NCBI GenBank assembly: GCA_002189035.1
Contig: NEEC01000004.1
Location: forward strand, 4,464,001 to 4,528,000
Source: Utricularia gibba
Lineage: Eukaryota; Plantae; Magnoliophyta
Direction: 5' to 3'
DNA length: 64,000 bases
Shown: piece after piece, positions 60,884 through 64,000 of the stretch
Layout of the letters: every line of letters begins with the position of its first letter
How positions within the stretch are numbered: the stretch's first letter is position 1
Program-made: the position numbers and the translations under genes
The notes under the pieces: model-generated
Databases searched by the model: none
The model's input: the letters and a program-made list of their open reading frames with translations, nothing else
What the model was told of the DNA's origin: nothing

Positions 60884-63000
60884 TTAGAATGTGTGTCTGT
60901 TGCTCCTCTGTTGTGCCGTCTCCAGCAACTTTGCGATCCCCTGCGTCCACGCCTGGTAATCCCTCTGGTTCTTGCATTCGAACTCCACGAGGCCGCGGGA
61001 CACCGTCCGCAGCCCGAAGTAGCGACGCTGGTCTCCTCCTTCGAGAAGGTGACGCCCCGGCCATGCCGGAATATCTTTCACTAACTCCGATACCACGTCT
61101 GAAAAGAATGAAAGTGGAATGAGATGAGCCATTCTGTTGCTTTTAGTCGAGCTCTTTATGCTTTTCTTCAATCCGATAACCCCATGTAAGAAACTACTCA
61201 CTCTTTTTCTTCTTTGTCACCGTCCCTGCAACATGCCTGCTCTTGGTTTTCAGCATTACCTGCGTTGTTTGTGAAGTGTTTTTTGGTTGTTTTGGTGGGA
61301 TTACGTGTGGAAAAGTGAGGTTATTACCTGACCCAATTTGTTGATGTAAACGGACACAACCTTCCAATGGAGATCGCCTGAAGTGGAGAACTTGATCAGC
61401 ATCAGCTGTTTGGTTTGGAGAAACAGGGGATTGGAATTTGATTGCAGAAGAGATTACCGTTTCTGGTTCGCTTGAGAAGCTCGCAGCCTCTAGCGAGAAG
61501 TTCCCGATTACACACTGCCAGAAAATCTTGCTCCGGGGTGTCGCCTCCGCGGCCGCCGGTCCCGTTCCAGACATCCTTCAGCGTCCTGGCCTTTAAGGTC
61601 GTGGCCGCCCGAAGAGCTACGAAATGTACTTGGTTATATACTGCAAGAGTGTAAAAGGATGGAATTATTGGTGATTGTAGTGTGGAACGGAGGTTATACC
61701 AGTTGCGGCGGCGGCGGTGAGGGTCATGATGTCGCTTGCGGAGGAGCAATTTACAGCTGAACTCACGACAGAAGCTAAATGCTCCCGCTCCGCCCCCATC
61801 GCTTCCGCCGTCTCAACGCATTGCGCTGCGACCAATGTGGCTGCGGAAGCTAGTGCTCGATCAAATTTCATGGCCTGTTCCTCCTTCGCGGAGGAAGAAG
61901 CCGTGGATGCGGCGATTGCAGCAATCGCGGACGCTAACCCGGCGACGGAAACCGCCGCGTGGAGATGCGCATTGTGGGCTCTCAACTCTTCCTTCTTCTT
62001 CTCCTTACGGTCCTTCAACCATCTCCCAACAGTTTTATTGCCCCCGCCGTTTGCGGCGACGGAAACAGTGTACTTCATCGGAATACTCGCCTGCCGGTGA
62101 TGCTGTAAGAGATTTTGTCCACGTCAAGGATATGAATCATGTGGGCGATACAGATCACGCGGATTATTAAAAGCTCCGGAATACCCCACCGGAAAACTGA
62201 TCGAAAAATCGTAAGAATTTAACAAGAACCACAAAAACATAAATGGTGGGTGTCATTCCTAACTTCATAAAAAAAAACAGCGATTCTGAAAGCAAAACTG
62301 CAACTATCTTCTCCGGCATTGCCCGAATCCCTGATTTACCATTCGTCGGAAATTCCGGAGCCCATAAAAAAAACAAAGCTTTAAGAATCCCTGACGGTCC
62401 ATTTGTCGGAAATGCCGAAAAAAATGCTCAGAAATGCCGGAAGGTAAAAAAGAACAATTTTGAAATGGATTGAAAAAAGATAACCAAACCTTTGGATTAC
62501 CGATTTCTGATGGCGAAGCAGGGGGGCTATCAGAGAGAGATCCACAACTCAGACCGCCGTTGAGGGTGCCGCTGCTGTGAGAAATCCGACCGGAAGTTCG
62601 TGGTGATGCATCCTGCTGCAGATATTGTACCTGCCCATCATGAAATACAGCTGGAATTTTAGGAACCAGAAAATCATCACAGAGCAATCTTTCGAGTGAC
62701 CCACAGCCTCAAAAAAAGAAAATAACTCACAGACTGAGACATGATCCTTTCCAGTACAACCATCGAAGTCTCCGACGTAGCGAAGGAAAACAGGTTAATC
62801 GAGGAGCGCGCAGCCTCCGGCGACAACTGTTCATGTATGACGTCGACGCAGCTCCCACGGGGACTACTCTCTTCGGTCAACAGAGCTCGTGGAGCACCAG
62901 CTTGTGAGATTTCACGGGCAGAGAGGCTCCAAGAACGGCAGAGAAACTCCATGGGCTCCGGCAGCGGCCGGAAAAGTGGATGCAGATGCGGCTTCTCCAT
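60884..63000 (-). CDS. FORKED-like / VAN3-binding protein (DUF828 + plant PH domain)
   Basis: Exons 63000-62731, 62615-62490, 62102-61700, 61616-61458, 61377-61328, 61259-61202, 61098-60884; [41 protein letters not shown] and [13 protein letters not shown] motifs. Confidence 0.93.
62325..62417. repeat. 33-bp imperfect direct repeat (period 60) in FORKED-like intron 2
   Basis: gaatccctgatttaccattcgtcggaaattccg versus gaatccctgacggtccatttgtcggaaatgccg. Confidence 0.7.
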
Positions 63001-63529
63001 GAAAGCGGGGTTCCGCGAAGTGAAATGACAGCAGCAGCCGCAGGATGACGGAGAATCCTTATACAGATACCAAGGAGCCGCAACGGAGAGAGAAGGGAGC
63101 GAGTGGGGGGGCCGAACTGCCACTGGAGTTGAGTGCAGTGGGAACTGGGGAAGTAAAATTACTCAGAAAACGAGGTTCCATTTATGACGCAATTAATCAA
63201 TTAATTCGTTCTCCCAATCTTTTTTTCCCTAATTTAAAATAAATTGATAAATACCAAACCCCTTTTTATCTTGTTTTTTAATTCTGAAACTAATACAAAA
63301 AATAAAAAATTAGGTAAATGGAATAATTTAATCCGGTAAAAACGTAAAAGAGGAATTAATGAGGAATGTGACATGTCGGTGACTGAGATGCCCTACGCTG
63401 TCACTTGTATTTTTCAATCCGCCGTCCCCCAGCCGTACGCCGCCGTCACAGACCCCAATCCAATAATAATAATAATAATAAACACCTCAATAATTCATTG
63501 ACAGCAACATGCTGTACGTGCGACATTAG

Positions 63530-63613
63530 TGGGCTTTCAGTGACCGTTGGCCCAATTCTCGAACCTAAAAGCCTATTCATTTTATTCAAGCCCATTCGAT
63601 AACTACAGGCCCA
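63530..63613. promoter_or_regulatory. Site II cluster (four TGGGCY)
   Basis: TGGGCT at 63530, GGCCCA at 63549, AGCCCA at 63589, GGCCCA at 63608. Confidence 0.5.
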
Positions 63614-64000
63614 ATTCTGTTCTCCATTGACCCAAATGATGAAAAATACTTTGAAGTTGTGTCTGATATAGCTCTAGTCATGAGTATGAGTTGTCTGATA
63701 TATTTGTGAGAATTGCAAATGAAATCTTTTGTTTCAATTGGATTTAAATTATTGTAAAAATCAGATTTGATGATCTCATGTTTTCGAATATTATAGGAAA
63801 TAATATTTTATTTCACATTTGTAATAAAATATTCAAATAACTTTTGATTAATTCCATCGAATATTTCAAATAAAACCAGACATTATAAGACACACCTTCC
63901 ATATAAAAAAAATTGAATTTCTAATTAAGTTTTATTTTAAAAATTGGATTTTGGGCTCAGAAAATTCATTTTCGGGTCAACCCAGGAGTTGTGTGTGTGT

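Overview
Gene-dense eudicot (plant) nuclear DNA with short introns and AT-rich spacers; no prokaryotic features or CRISPR. In order, the recognisable genes are: cytosolic MDH (last exon), PHT1, a frameshifted ERF1-like gene, bHLH104-like, HR-lesion protein, PSK SIMULATOR (DUF668), an ETR2-type ethylene receptor, a CslM/CslG cellulose-synthase-like gene, a TRAF1/MATH protein, an intronless PPR-like ORF, AARE, KCS, GME, ARFC1, MIR167, a frameshifted ELIP, ARD, EPFL4/5-like and FORKED-like. From memory, this order mirrors the Arabidopsis blocks At3g23240-At3g22810, At4g14410-At4g14740 and At5g43330-At5g43870. The ORF track misses two things. One is a perfect miR167a hairpin. The other is a series of decayed gene relics at the positions that synteny predicts. 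The clearest relic is a DMC1 pseudogene in which one deletion fuses exon 4 to the penultimate exon and which still shows a U12-type AT-AC intron. There is also a good PLS-PPR relic, plus weaker AGO10 and PEAPOD candidates. All homology calls were made by eye from recalled sequences; no searches were run.
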